DNA of 64,000 nt from Octopus bimaculoides (GCF_001194135.2 NC_068983.1:159715917-159779916), one strand, 5' to 3'. Counted from the stretch's first letter, positions 39,901-53,986 are shown. The notes: generated by a model not told the origin, from the sequence alone. Numbers and translations are program-made.

Positions 39901-40554
39901 AGCTTCGTGTTGGTTATAAACATAGTTATATATATGTAAACAATTATATATATGTATGTATATATGTACATAGATACATATATATGTATATATANNNNNN
40001 NNNNNNNNNNNNNNNNNNNNNNNNNNNNNNNNNNNNNNNNNNNNNNNNNNNNNNNNNNNNNNNNNNNNNNNNNNNNNNNNNNNNNNNNNNNNNNNNNNNN
40101 NNNNNNNNNNNNNNNNNNNNNNNNNNNNNNNNNNNNNNNNNNNNNNNNNNNNNNNNNNNNNNNNNNNNNNNNNNNNNTAGATGCTACTCAGAGTTTATTT
40201 CATATTAACTCTTAATAAATGTCCAATATTCGTTATAACAGTCGCTAGTTCATGTGCGCACACACTCACACACTCACACCCACACATACACATACACACA
40301 CACACATGCACGCTGATATTTCATTGGTTACCACAGTCCCCCAAATTAAGCAGACCGATCTGGCATTAAACAATTCAGTTGAATGGAATGATTATTTATT
40401 TATTTAATTATTCATTTAAGTCATGAACGTCGCAGAAATACGCAAATTGCAAGCGAAAGATTGTCTCACAAAATCTACATACAGATACAACCATAGATAT
40501 ATTTTCGTATAAATGCATACATTACACGCGCACACACACACACACACATGCATA

Positions 40555-40600
<46 letters not shown>

Positions 40601-41039
40601 CACATACACACACACACGCACAGGTATATGTGTCTAACAAAAAAGTACACAAGAACCAAAAATTGGTTTGATATATGCGCATTCACTTCTCGCGGAGATT
40701 TAATGGAAATGGATTAACATTAAAAGTTCTCTGTTTCATTGAAAAGGCTAGATATTAAATATTGTAATGCATGCAATTTCATATTGTATTGATTTATGAA
40801 TATTAAGCTAACAATAATGTTCAATATCGTTAGATAGAGCTAAATATAATTCTCATATTTATCGTTAAACATTTAAATAGTCACAAACCACATATACCGA
40901 TATTAAAATATTAAAATAAATATCAGGACATTTGTAACTGTTGTTGCTCTCATTGTTTATCAGCAAGATATCTCTGATCCAGTAAATATCTGCTAAACCG
41001 TACTTCAGTCTTTCTAAAGTTCTCTGTTATACCCTTCTT

Positions 41040-41160
41040 GGTAGCTAGGGTGTTGCTATCCCGTTTGCGAGATCGTGGTTTCGATTCCTAGACCAGCTGC
41101 ATATTGTGTCTTTGAGCAATGCACTTCACTTTACGTTGGTTCAGTTCACTCGTCTTATGA
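41040..41160 (+). mobile_element. tRNA-derived SINE, family C
   Basis: tagggtgttgc...gagatcgtggtttcgattcc...tgtgtctttgagcaatgcacttcactttacgttg; similar to the copies at 46.1 kb (-) and 51.05 kb (+). Confidence 0.65.
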
Positions 41161-43670
41161 CTAATTGGCGTACAAGAATGAGATGGTGTTTCAGGAAGAT
41201 CTTCCGAACGGAGGTCTCACGAGCCTCGTTTTCTATTCAGCGATCGATAGATGAATAGTACAAACCGTAACGTGAATCGAGAGGAGTTGCGTATTTGTGG
41301 TTCAATTCTGTGCGAGTTCCTTTATTGATTGTCAAACGACTGTTAGCATTTTCGGTGATGTAATTATTTCATCGTCAAATATATTGGCGAACGTATGTAA
41401 GCTGCATAGTTTTTGCTTTTGCACAGAGATTTGTACTCAATACTATAATTCAGTGAATTACATTACACTAGTCTCTGTTAATAAGCAGGTATTATACTAT
41501 TTTATGTTACGTCCTTATACACAGGTGAATGTTAACCATTATCCTTTTTGTGCTGTCACCATAGCCATATATTAATACCACAAGCATTCTTTATCCCAGT
41601 GCTTCCCTGATGCTGCTGAAAGAAGCTGATCGTACTTTAAAGCCATAAACATACACCGATTTGTACACACACGGATACATGTACACGTGCAAATATATGT
41701 GAATGGGTTAGAGTATTCCACTGGAAATTCATATTTGAATAAAGGAATGTGAAGTTTTAAGAATCGATCCAATCGTACCATCTAACAACGTATCTGTATG
41801 GAGAGTTAATATCGCTCTTCAATTATCAGTAACAGATAACTGGTAAAAACAACCAATCCGATCGAACGCAGATTTCAAAGAAGTCCCTTTGCTGGAAAAT
41901 TGGGTATTGCTTTTGAGAAATAAGGAAGACTTTCGTCATCCATGCCAGAACAATTCAACGTTTAAATAACAAAGTCTTGCACAAATTTATTGTTCGGTAT
42001 AGTTGGATTGTGTATAATATATGAATTATAAAACCAAGTTCTTTTTAGAAGAAATCAAGCTCAGCCATTCTCTAATCCCGAGTGTTCAAGTGTTCAAGTG
42101 TTTAAGTGGTTGGGTAATGGCTTCTCAGTCATGAGTTTGTGTCGTTCAGTTCCTTGGACTAAGGCCCGTACTTTACGTTGCTCCAGTCAGCATTCCTGGC
42201 AAAAATGATGGTTAAGATTGACTTAATTCCCAGTCAGAGCAATGCCAAATTCCAACTTTAACATTTGCCAATAATGTTGGGTATAAGGCTAAACTTGTAT
42301 TTTAGTAGTGGATTCACAGGCTACTCCACATCATAGTTTAATTTAGTGTTTAAATGTTGTCAAATGGTAATCTTGCGTTCTGAGTTCACTTCTTGCCAGG
42401 ATATACATTGTCGCTTCAACCGCTCCGTTTTGCACAGTTTGTTTTTATTTCTACTAGAAAGAAACTAAAATAAGTTAAACAGATACAAAAGAAATATATT
42501 TTGAATTTGTATAAATGCTTACACATATTTACATACATAGTTTCATTTAATAATTTCATACATTCGGTAATAATTTTAGATTCGAAACTCTATTATGCCA
42601 AAATATATAGAAAATGTATAAAATTCTTGCCAAAAACATAACGTGACTTACACAGATATTATGTTTGGAATACCAAACCTTACAGATGCAGTTATAACAC
42701 GGCATAAAACGTTGAGAGGCTGCCAATACACACTGACTTGACTGTAAATAAGGTCAGAAAGCAATTAAAGGTATGCATTTAGCCCACTTAATATATATAT
42801 ATATAAAGGAAGAAAACAGAAATAAAAACTCAAATCAAAAGTAAGACATTTTTTCTGAATTAATTTTCAGTCGATGTAAATCATTATTTTAAATCTAAAT
42901 GTTTTGTTTCTCATGTGATTTTAGAATTTTAGCTTTGCAGAGAAAGCAAAGTAGATGTATACCTAAATAGAATAATTACTTTAAAAACGAAAGATTTTTC
43001 AAATCTCTAAAAGCTTTTTTATGAGCGAAATGTTCTAGTCGTGGTCGTTGTCTATTTCTTTTACTTTTTACTGTTGCCAATTATTTTTCTTTTTGAATTT
43101 GTATTGCTATACATCCGTACAAGACACGCATTTATATACAACACTGTTTCATAACGAAATGCGTTCGCATACCGGGGTTAGAATTTAATTTTAGAGAGGC
43201 TTATAGTGAATTTTTGAAACTGTGAGAATAGTGAAGCACATCGAAACGTATACATACATATACGCACACACGCACACAAACACATACACACACGCACGCA
43301 CACATACATACACACACACACACACATACACACACAAACACACACACACACACACATAACATAAAGGGAATGAGATACATTAGCTCTGATATGATCCAAA
43401 TCTAGCTAACATCGTCGAGAGGGAACATACACAATTGTCTTACATAAGCAATTAAAAGGTACTTCACTCGATAGGTTAATCATGAGTTCATCTGATTGGA
43501 TTTCATAACGCATACACAGTTGTTTAAAAAAACATCACAAAGAAGAATGAAAAATTATGCATCGTCAGAGTTTATTTAATATAGTATTATTCTCATTAAA
43601 TTCACGTGTCAAATAAATTTCGAAGATGTACAAAATCTCCATTCTTCATGGCATCATGATTATATGTATA

Positions 43671-44927
43671 CAGGATGTCCCCAAAAAATGTATACACATT
43701 TTAGCAGCTGATAATCCAATTGATGTTTTTTTTTCTTTCCAGATGAAACCTATTGGAATTAATGATGGCAGTCAGACTCAGCTTTGAACAAAGGAAATTC
43801 ATTCTAAAATGCTACTAGAAGTATGAAAACACAGTTGAAGTGCAAAGACAGTTTAAGAGGGAGTTTCAAACAGATCCACCAACACGACTTACTATCACCC
43901 AAATTAGAGATAAGTACGAAGTCGATGGGACTGTTCAGAATGTCCACGAAAAGCGTTCCGGAAGAGCACAAACCCCAATAAAGTAAGAAGGAGTGCTGGA
44001 AATGTATCACCAAAGTCCAAGAAAATCTGTGCGGCAAGCGAGTCTTGAGGCAGGTATTTCAAAATCGTCTGTCCAACGCATTTTGAAGCGTTGTCAATGG
44101 TAAAGTTACGTTCCAAGATTTGTCCATGTTATTAATGACGATGATCTACACCGAAGTGTGCAGTATTGCGAGTGGTACTTGGCACGATCTGTAGAAGATA
44201 CACACTTTCCAACAAAAATTGTGTGGAGTGATGAGGCCACATTCAAATTAAATGGTTCAATTAACCACAACAATTGCACCTACTGGTGACATGAGAATCC
44301 GCATGTTATGTCGTAAGACCATGTTAATTTACCAGAAGTTACAGTGTGATGTGGATTATCATCAAGTCGATTAATAGGACAGTTCTGTTTTTACACTATT
44401 GTGACTGGTCCCATTTACTTGAAATTGCTACAACAGTCTGTCATGCCAAGCATTAGAGAAGACTTTGAAGATGAGGAGTTTTATTTTCAGCAAGACGGGG
44501 CACCCCTGAAATTCATCGCGATGTTAGATCCTTCCTTGATGAGGTCCTTCCACAGGTGGATTGGAAGAAGGGATTTCGTTGAATACACTGTGTGTTCACC
44601 AAACATCACACCACTAGACTTTTTTATGGGAGTACTTAAAAGACAAAGTCTTCGCTATGAAACCTGCAACAATCGCTGATTTGAGAGCAGCCATTGAACG
44701 AGAAAACACACAAATACCAAACGAATTGTTTCGTGATGTTTGCGATTCCATTGCTTCGCGTTGCCAGCAGGGTCGGGTCCAGAACGGACGTCAGTTTGAA
44801 AATTGGCGTTGGCAAAACAATAAAATAATGTCAGTAGATTCTATTAAATTTCAAAAATAAAATGTATTTTAATAAACACCTACTTTACAATTATTTAAAG
44901 TGTGTATGCATTTTTTGGGACACCCTG
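43671..44927 (+). mobile_element. Near-full-length Tc1/mariner-superfamily element (DDxD, maT/rosa-like), pseudogenised
   Basis: TA-caggatgtccccaaaaaatgtatacac ... gtgtgtatgcattttttgggacaccctg TIRs. Motifs [30 protein letters not shown]; frameshifts and stops. Confidence 0.9.
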
Positions 44928-45041
44928 TGTGCATATGTATATATATATAGTCACTATAATGATACTTAGACCTCTTATAGGGATATTTTTAGCCAAGATA
45001 CACTGGTTTTATGTAATTATGCTTATTATGTATATGCGTGT

Positions 45042-45077
<36 letters not shown>

Positions 45078-45623
45078 NNNNNNNNNNNNNNNNNNNNNNN
45101 NNNNNNNNNNNNNNNNNNNNNNNNNNNNNNNNNNNNNNNNNNNNNNNNNNNNNNNNNNNNNNNNNNNNNNNNNNNNNNNNNNNNNNNNNNNNNNNNNNNN
45201 NNNNNNNNNNNNNNNNNNNNNNNNNNNNNNNNNNNNNNNNNNNNNNNNNNNNNNNNNNNNNNNNNNNNNNNNNNNNNNNNNNNNNNNNNNNNNNNNNNNN
45301 NNNNNNNNNNNNNNNNNNNNNNNNNNNNNNNNNNNNNNNNNNNNNNNNNNNNNNNNNNNNNNNNNNNNNNNNNNNNNNNNNNNNNNNNNNNNNNNNNNNN
45401 NNNNNNNNNNNNNNNNNNNNNNNNNNNNNNNNNNNNNNNNNNNNNNNNNNNNNNNNNNNNNNNNNNNNNNNNNNNNNNNNNNNNNNNNNNNNNNNNNNNN
45501 NNNNNNNNNNNNNNNNNNNNNNNNNNNNNNNNNNNNNNNNNNNNNNNNNNNNNNNNNNNNNNNNNNNNNNNNNNNNNNNNNNNNNNNNNNNNNNNNNNNN
45601 NNNNNNNNNNNNNNNNNNNNNNN

Positions 45624-45681
<58 letters not shown>

Positions 45682-46019
45682 GTGTGTGTGTGTGTGTGCG
45701 TGTGTGCGTGTGTGTGTGTGTGTGTGTGTTTTGTAGTTGTAATTTAGGTTGCGAAATGAAAAAGTTGTAAGTGAATATGTTAATTAATTAATACAATAAT
45801 TATTATCCACTGACTAGATCTCTCCGTTTGCAAACTTAATAATTATATAAACATATATGTGTGCATGTATGTATGTATGTATGTATGTATGTATGTATGT
45901 ATGTATGTATGTATTAGAACTTTACAAACCATAGCAAACACACAGATGATTTGTTTGTAGTAATCGAATGTTTGTGTAGACATAAGCTCACTCCCTCCTT
46001 CAAATCGACATTACCTGTA

Positions 46020-46160
46020 CGGGTGCACCATGTGCCACATGTCAGATGACGAAATGATTGCATAGCAACGTGAAATGAAATGCTTTGCTTAAGAGTTCAA
46101 CGCGACGCCCCGTCTGGAAATTAAACCCACGATCTCGCAATAGTGAGTGCAACACCCTGA
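46020..46160 (-). mobile_element. SINE family C
   Basis: Reverse strand ggcttagtggtcagggtgttgcactc..gagatcgtgggtttaattt..gagcaaagcatttcatttcacgttgc-like. Confidence 0.7.
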
Positions 46161-46546
46161 CCACTAAGCCATGCGATTCACATACATACATGTATATATA
46201 TATATATACATACATACGTACACATACATACGTACATGAATACATGCATGCATACATACATATATACATACTATACATACGTATGTATGTGCGTGTGCAT
46301 GTATGTATGTATGTATGTATGTATGTATGTATGTATATAGAAATGTGAGAAAAAGTCTGATTTGTGTGTCCCCTATGCAACGTATTCATGTAAACAAATA
46401 ATGTTGCTTGGGACTCGTAGATTTTATAGGATTAAATAAGAGTAGAGTAATTAATGGCTGCGTCAAGGAATCTTAATACAGGAATTTAAATAATGCCAAA
46501 AATATCAGGAGAAAACAAGAAACACTTAAGCGATATACATACATAC

Positions 46547-46600
<54 letters not shown>

Positions 46601-47664
46601 TGTACACACAGTTACACATATACTGTTTCACATACGCGTGAAGTAGATATACTGACAGAAATTGTAATATTTTAAATATAGTAATAACATTGACGGATCA
46701 CCTAAGACTTGGTGTTTGCAATTTTGCATTCGGTTTTGCTACTTTCTTGGCAATAATGTCCATCAATTCCTCTCAGAGTCATCCTTCATCTGTGATTAGT
46801 GGGAAAGATTTTATTTTTTAATACCTCGCAAAATAAATAAGAAAAGACAACTACAGAAAAATAAAGAATAAACATTTCAGGAAAGACGTGTCAACTGTCT
46901 GGAAAATACCAATGAATTAACATAGTTATGATAAATTTAAATATACGCTAGGTTATTTCTAGTCGAGGGATTTCAAACTGTTTTGTATTCTGTTGTGAAT
47001 ATTGAGAATTGTCCTAATGAGATAGAAAACATCTAATTATAGTATATATAGCTGACAAGTACACGTGAGTGTGCGTGTTTGTGTGTCACACATATATAAA
47101 CACTCACACATGACGTTCTCTTCCATAAACTCACAAACACGGATATACACGCACCTACACGAATACACGCTCGCACACACACATATATATAATGTGTGTT
47201 AAGAAATTCGCGTCACAATAAAGTGGTTTGGGGTTCTGTCGTCTTTGCAGCAAACTGGGCAAGGGTTTTCTACTGTGGTCCCGAACACGGCAATGCCCTG
47301 TGAGTGATTTCGTTTCTCGTAAACTGTATAGAAACCCGTTGTATATACATATGTGTATATACATGTGTGTAGGTATTTTTGTGTTTTGTTCCCCTATGCA
47401 TAGCAACCTCTGTGGATTTATGCATAAACTATTAATACAAACATTCCTGTGTAATTAAGAACTTTACTTTACCGATCAATGGCTTGTGTGTAAATTTGTT
47501 AGCCAGAAACTTTGTGGAATCTCATTGAATATATTTATATATATATATGTATAAATATATATATATATATATATAGGCATGCAAATATATATATGTATAG
47601 CGGTAGTGATGCAGATAAACACAACGCTTCTGCCAGCTCGCCGAATTAGACGAGTAAGAATATT

Positions 47665-47857
47665 CTTTTCTACTCTTGACACAAGGTACGAAATCTTTGG
47701 AGATCGACCCCAGTACGCAACTGGTACTTAATTTATCGACCCCCAAAGGATGAAATGCAAAGTCGACCTCGGCGGAATTTGAACTCAGAACGTAACGACA
47801 GACGAAATACCGCTAAGCATTTCGCCCGGCGCCCTAGCGTTTCATGCAGCTCGCCGC
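47665..47857 (-). mobile_element. SINE family B (OK-like), well preserved
   Basis: Reverse strand gcggcgagctg..cgccgggcgaaatgcttagcggtatttcgtctgtcgttacgttctgagttcaaattccgccgaggtcgactttgc. Confidence 0.9.
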
Positions 47858-50419
47858 ATTAGACTAATAATAATATTAACAAATAAAATGAATACAGAAT
47901 TTTGATATAAAACAAACAAAAACTTTACATATTTCATAAATGTATTATACAAGTAGCAGTCTTCCGACCAGGTATAGAGGAGAATATTCAGCACAAAGGA
48001 AAAAAGGAGAGACTAAGGTCTCATATTAGAATGAAATAAAAAGAAAACAAAAAAAAGTGCGTCTGATGTGTATTTTTTATCAAAGTAGTCGTCATTAAGA
48101 AATTTGTTTATATTGAGAATATGTTTTTTCTGGCTTAAATGTGTCAAACATTTTAACGTCATGATTATATTTGACAGAGGTATCAACAGAGTGTTTCAGA
48201 TCTTAATCTATTAATGCATAGAGACTCTAAAATATGGCAGAAATGATGCAATGCAAAATATTATCTAAGCAACTGAAAACGTTAAGAAAGGGCCTCAGTC
48301 GTTGGCAATGATTACAATCATCATATTTTTTTACTACGTATTAGATGATTGTGAATGTTGTATATTTAGAAAGTATTTTACACAGAAAAAACGAAATACC
48401 TTGAATTCTTAGCACGTTGCCTAATTTAACTCCAACGTTTAACAATTTAGTTGCATCAGCGGAGTACATTCTGTTGTAATCATTTGGTCAAAGCTTCTAG
48501 CTCCCTCCATCGTTCCCACCGGAGACCATGCTATGTGTCGTAAACCCTGCCTTCTCTCCTACTTAAAAATTACTCAAAGAACTGAGTATTGAGAGTAAAA
48601 TGCATTTGTCTAAGAATGTGTTTAGTTATTACAATGAACATTAAAAAAGACCTAATGTTCCCTTTACAGTAATATTCATAGTAAATCACTAAACAAGTAC
48701 AGTTATATGAATATGCATCTGTTAACACTTGTCGTTTAACCAGATTTACACAGATACTCACGTTCTTGTCATATGCATTCGTATTTCTAACTGTAGTTAG
48801 CTTAGTTATAGTTAGAGTCGATACATACCTGCTAGTTAAAGAGGTGATTAGTATAATTTGTAATTGAACGAAGATTACGCAACACTAGATACTATAGAAA
48901 CACGTTTCAGAAGTGGTATATTGAGTATATTGATTTTTTGAAGGCTGTTTCTATGAACTATAAACTAAAAGCTTCTCTTTATTCTCTTTATCGTATAAAT
49001 GTATGCTTCAATCAAAAACATTTGAAAGTATGTCTTGAATTAGTTGGAAGAAGGCTTCTTTGAAATAAAGAAATCAGAGTTGCTTAATTATAATATAAAG
49101 CAGTAATTAAAATTTAATACAGCTTTCGTTTCAATTACGATATCTTTTCCTAGAAAACCGTAACCTACATACATTCAGTAAATGTTATTTGATCAAAAAC
49201 TCGCTGATGGAATTGAGAAAGATGGAAACTGGATTATATACGAGAACTTTAGAGTCGGTGTTTACTGTGTTCTGCCCTTATACCGAGTTCAAATTTGCTT
49301 TATCTCTACTTATGATGTTGATAAAATAAATACCACTTTACTAGAATCGATATAATCCACTTACGGTCGCAGATATAACAGCATTGTAAGGATATCTATT
49401 CCCTTGCTACTTGTTTTCGGTTTCGATCCTATTGCATAGAACGTCGAGCAAGTGTCTTCTACTATGGCCTTTAAAGTATTCTACCAGAACTTTATAAGTG
49501 ATAGTCAAGAGATAGAAATTGATCTGAAGCCTGCCGTTTTTCTTGGCTGGTAAGCTTGATCCATCGCTCGTTTTAACATCACAAACAGGATACGTTATAA
49601 TGAGGGATATTTGGCGAAGTCCACTCAATAACAAGCGGTCAGGTTAAGGGTAGAATCTGGCGGTAATTTTTACCCTTCCTACTAATCATAGAGGATTTGG
49701 AAAGAATCATGGGTGCTGCCCTTTCTACTCTAGTTAAGCCATTAAAATAGATCCTTTAAAGATGCACTTATCGTATGGTCGCGTTCTGTAATTGAAATCA
49801 GTAAGTGAATTAGAGAAAAGTATGAAACTCTGTATTCCTGGACCAGTAAAATAACAGCAGAAAAAATGCGAGAGATATAAGCCACACTGGCACTATCAAT
49901 TCTGGTATAAATATATTCGGATGAATGTATAAGAAAAACTCAGTTTGGAACTTAAGAATTCAAGTTAATTCTCTAGATATAAAAACAAAAAAAAAGAGAC
50001 CAAGTAATATGATTTCGGTTGAAATGTACGCTAGAAGACTTATGAAGAGAGATTTTGATGCCAAATAATAAAAAAAAGAGGTAATGTTTAAATTTTCAAG
50101 AACGCCAGGTTCTTGAAAATTTAAACATTTCCTTTTTATAATCGAATGTATAGTTAGTGGAGGTGCTTAGTTTCACAAGACGATCGATCTTCTTGTTTGA
50201 AGGTGAATTGATTTAAGAGATGATTATTATCTAAGGATTTCTTGTCATGTAGATTTTAACTCTGCCATATATTTAAGCAGGAAAATTTCAGTGATGGCCG
50301 TAATCTTTGATTTCCATTATGTTGAAATCATTGAAAATTTTTGTTAGATGCGCTTTGCACGGAGTTGTTGTAAACACAAGAGCACATTGTAATATGCGGC
50401 TATTGTCTAATAATAATAA

Positions 50420-50600
50420 TGGTTTAAAATTTTGTCACAAAGCCACCAATTATTAGTTGTGACGACAAATTGATTACATCGACCCGAAAAGGATGAAGGT
50501 CAAAGCTGACATTGATAGATTTTGAACTCGGAAGAGAATGAATCGGAAGAAATACTGTGAAGTACATATTCGAAGCGCTATTATGGCAGCTTAGCGCCTT
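50420..50600 (-). mobile_element. SINE family B
   Basis: atcgacccgaaaaggatgaaggtcaaagctgac..gatttttgaactc..gcgctattatggcagcttagcgcctt. Confidence 0.75.
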
Positions 50601-50639
50601 AATGAGAACTACAACAACAGCAACAACAATAATGATAAT

Positions 50640-50790
50640 AATAATCCTTTCTACTAAAGGCATAAGGCATAAAATATTGAGGGAAGTGGCTTGTAGACTA
50701 CATTGATTCCTGTCGTCGACTTACACTTATTTTATCGACCCTGAAAGGATGAAAGGCAAAGTGGATCTCGGTGGAATTTGAACTTAAAAT
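50640..50790 (-). mobile_element. SINE family B, truncated at its box B region
   Basis: ttttatcgaccctgaaaggatgaaaggcaaagtggatctcggtggaatttgaactt. Confidence 0.8.
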
Positions 50791-50813
50791 TTATTTGAAC
50801 GTAAAATTTATTT

Positions 50814-50858
50814 GAAGCCGACCGCAGGTGTAGATCTCGGTGGTAGTAGCAAATATTC
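50814..50858 (+). pseudogene. About 45-bp fragment of 28S (LSU) rRNA
   Basis: gaagccgaccgcaggtgtagatctcggtggtagtagcaaatattc matches, from memory, the conserved eukaryotic LSU segment GGAGCCGCCGCAGGTGCAGATCTTGGTGGTAGTAGCAAATATTC with about 4 differences. Confidence 0.8.
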
Positions 50859-51039
50859 CAACAATTAATGAATTATATTTCTACACATTTTAGAGATTAC
50901 CTTTTTTGCTACCTCTCCAATGTTGGCAGAACGAAAAGCAAATTCGGGAGGTGAAAATCTAATTCCCATCTATTATGTTCTGATAACTTTTCACCCTGCT
51001 CTGTAATATTCATGCATTTAATGCATAGTTATATGTATG

Positions 51040-51320
51040 TGAAGGCGTGTGGTTTAGTGGTTAGGGTATTCGGCTCACGATCCTAAGGTTGTGAGTTCAA
51101 TATCCGGTAGCGTATATTATCTCTTAATCAAGTCACTTTATTAAAGAGTGGTACCTGCATTTCAAAGGGTCAGCATTGTCACATTCAGTCACGTTGAATC
51201 TCCCTAAGAACAGATTTAGAGGTACGCATGTCTATGGAGTGCTCATCCATTTGCACGTTAATTTCAGAAGCAAGCTGTTTGGTTGATGAAATCAACTGGA
51301 ACCCGTTCGCCGTAACCAGT
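51040..51320 (+). mobile_element. SINE family C, near full length
   Basis: ggcgtgtggtttagtggttagggtattcggctcacgatc..gtgagttcaat (box A/box B), then a body ending in ..aatcaactggaacccgttcgccgtaacc. Confidence 0.75.
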
Positions 51321-52368
51321 GTATGTTTAGAAGACTACACAATAGTTCGGACTGCTCTTTATTGTTGCATTATCCAATATATTTATCCATTTTAAGATGA
51401 AAGAATTGAATGTGAAGGTTGTTGGACTGCTTCGTTGATGTGTTCTTTGAGTGGCAAATTGTTTTGCAAATATTTTTTGCTATGCTATTAACATTTAAAT
51501 TTGATAGCATGCAGTACCACTTTCACAGGGTATCGGATGCTTATTTTTATTTCACTAAGTACTTGATATCACCATTGCATATAGCAGTGAGGGAACTGCA
51601 AAATTAGTGTATGTATAATTTAGGCATCGGTAGCCTACTTGGAAACACACTCTCTTTGGAAATATTGTATTACTGCACTGTAACTGAATTATAAAGAGCA
51701 AAGATTGACATGAAACTCAACTGGCATTAACTCGCTCACAGGTAAGCTTCATCCTTTGGTACAGAGAACAGGCTGTCACCTCTTTTTGCCTTTTCTGAGT
51801 TCTGAAGCGAGTTGGACAGGGCCTCAAGTAAGGTCTGGGCTAGGCGGAAATTACACTTCTGTGGTGTACTCGAAGTTTGAGTGCTGTACTTGAAAGATAT
51901 CTATGAATCACAAATAAAAATGAATGCTTCGTTTATAGAGAAAAAAATAAAACAAGCTATTTTCGAAAGGGAAGGAAATTATACGCATATGTTCTTGAGG
52001 TTATTTCAGTCTCTGCTATAGATGTGTAATTATTGTGAAGAATAAAACATTCATGAAGTGATAAAATTAACCAAGTCTTTTACTATTGTGGACGAATGCT
52101 ATTGTTGTACTATTGACCAAATTTTTCATCTCATCGCAGGAAATATAATTATATGTTCTTGTAACAGAGACGAGTCAATATAAGAGTAATATGCGTTAAT
52201 GAGCTTATAATCTCACAATTTTATATTTTGTGAGTAGATAGATTATCCGATTGTCATCAAATACGTTATTGCAGCTTACCTGAATGTCATATGATAGTGT
52301 ATAACTCATGAATATTTATTCTTGGCAAACTGTATCACTAATGCATGGTAAACGTTTTCTAGCATCAT

Positions 52369-52433
<65 letters not shown>

Positions 52434-52446
52434 TGTAGTTAAATTA

Positions 52447-52481
<35 letters not shown>

Positions 52482-53952
52482 AAATCAGCAAAATTATCGT
52501 ATTCGCAAATAATGATATGCAGGAGAGGGTTGGCAGTATTTTCAGTGCTAAAAATATAGAACAATGATGATATTTGTTAATATTTTAATCGATTCTTAAA
52601 ACCTCTTCGTTCATGGAATATCGCCAGCAATTTCATCTCTACAACAATGATGCCGTACAGGACCAGCTTTTTTGCTGGCAGTGTTGTCTTTGTTAGATTA
52701 AAGTCAGCCAACACAACTGTCATTAATTAAGATTAATTTTGATTTATGATACACTATTTAGAGATAATTATGTTTTTGTTGATCATTTATATCATTTACA
52801 GTCACCGAACAATAGATAGTCCATAGTAATACGATCAAATTTTAACTTTTTCTGCAACTCAATCTTATTGCAATCCTCAACAATGACAATTGCGTTCAAC
52901 CCCTTGTAATTATCATGCTTATTACAGTGAATCATATGCTATCCGTTCTAAGAAACAAGTTATGTTCGTCTCTTTGTATGCATCTTTATTAATTAATTTA
53001 GTGACAAATATCACTGTACAAAATTTATAATCACCTTAAACTTATAATTATTTTTCATTTAGCATACGTTCGTTAACTTGTTAATTAAGGATAAATTGTT
53101 ATATATCTTATATAATAGATGTATCATTCCCAAAACACAAAGCTATATGGCTTTATATAAAACAATACTTTCTTTTACAAACGGATGATATGATTGCTCA
53201 ACAAGTTTAGATCTATATAAAACAGACAAAAATATACATATATAGAAAGACCGTGTAATTACTTAGAAAAGCCTAACGTTCAAACGATTTTGCTAATTTT
53301 ATTTCTGGGTCCTTTGTAAACATGACCGTCGGTTGGAGATCCGTACTTTTATACCAAATATATATGATGTACACATTTCCTTTGTTTTACTCAAACTTTG
53401 ATAGAACGTTTTCTATAAATCATGGCTTTTATTTTGATTTTCTAATGTTTTAACGTTTAGAATAATTAATGAATTATATTTCTATACATTTTAGAGATTA
53501 CCTATCAAATTAAATGTAAATGAAAATATATTCTGTAATGATGTTAATATACCCGAGAATATGAGTAAAATGCGAAATTGCTATCTTAAAAACACAAGAT
53601 AAATAACACCTTACAAAGAAGTCAAGAAATATAAACGAAAATAATTTCTACGATTAATATTTCAAAATATCAAGTATATTTTAAAGAAACATGCACCTGT
53701 CATTATGCTTATAACTAATTAAAGTGAACTTCTCTTAAAAGTACTTTCTTCTGATATNNNNNNNNNNNNNNNNNNNNNNNNNNNNNNNNNNNNNNNNNNN
53801 NNNNNNNNNNNNNNNNNNNNNNNNNNNNNNNNNNNNNNNNNNNNNNNNNNNNNNNNNNNNNNNNNNNNNNNNNNNNNNNNNNNNNNNNNNNNNNNNNNNN
53901 NNNNNNNNNNNNNNNNNNNNNNNNNNNNNNNNNNNNNNNNNNNNNNNNNNNN

Positions 53953-53986
<34 letters not shown>

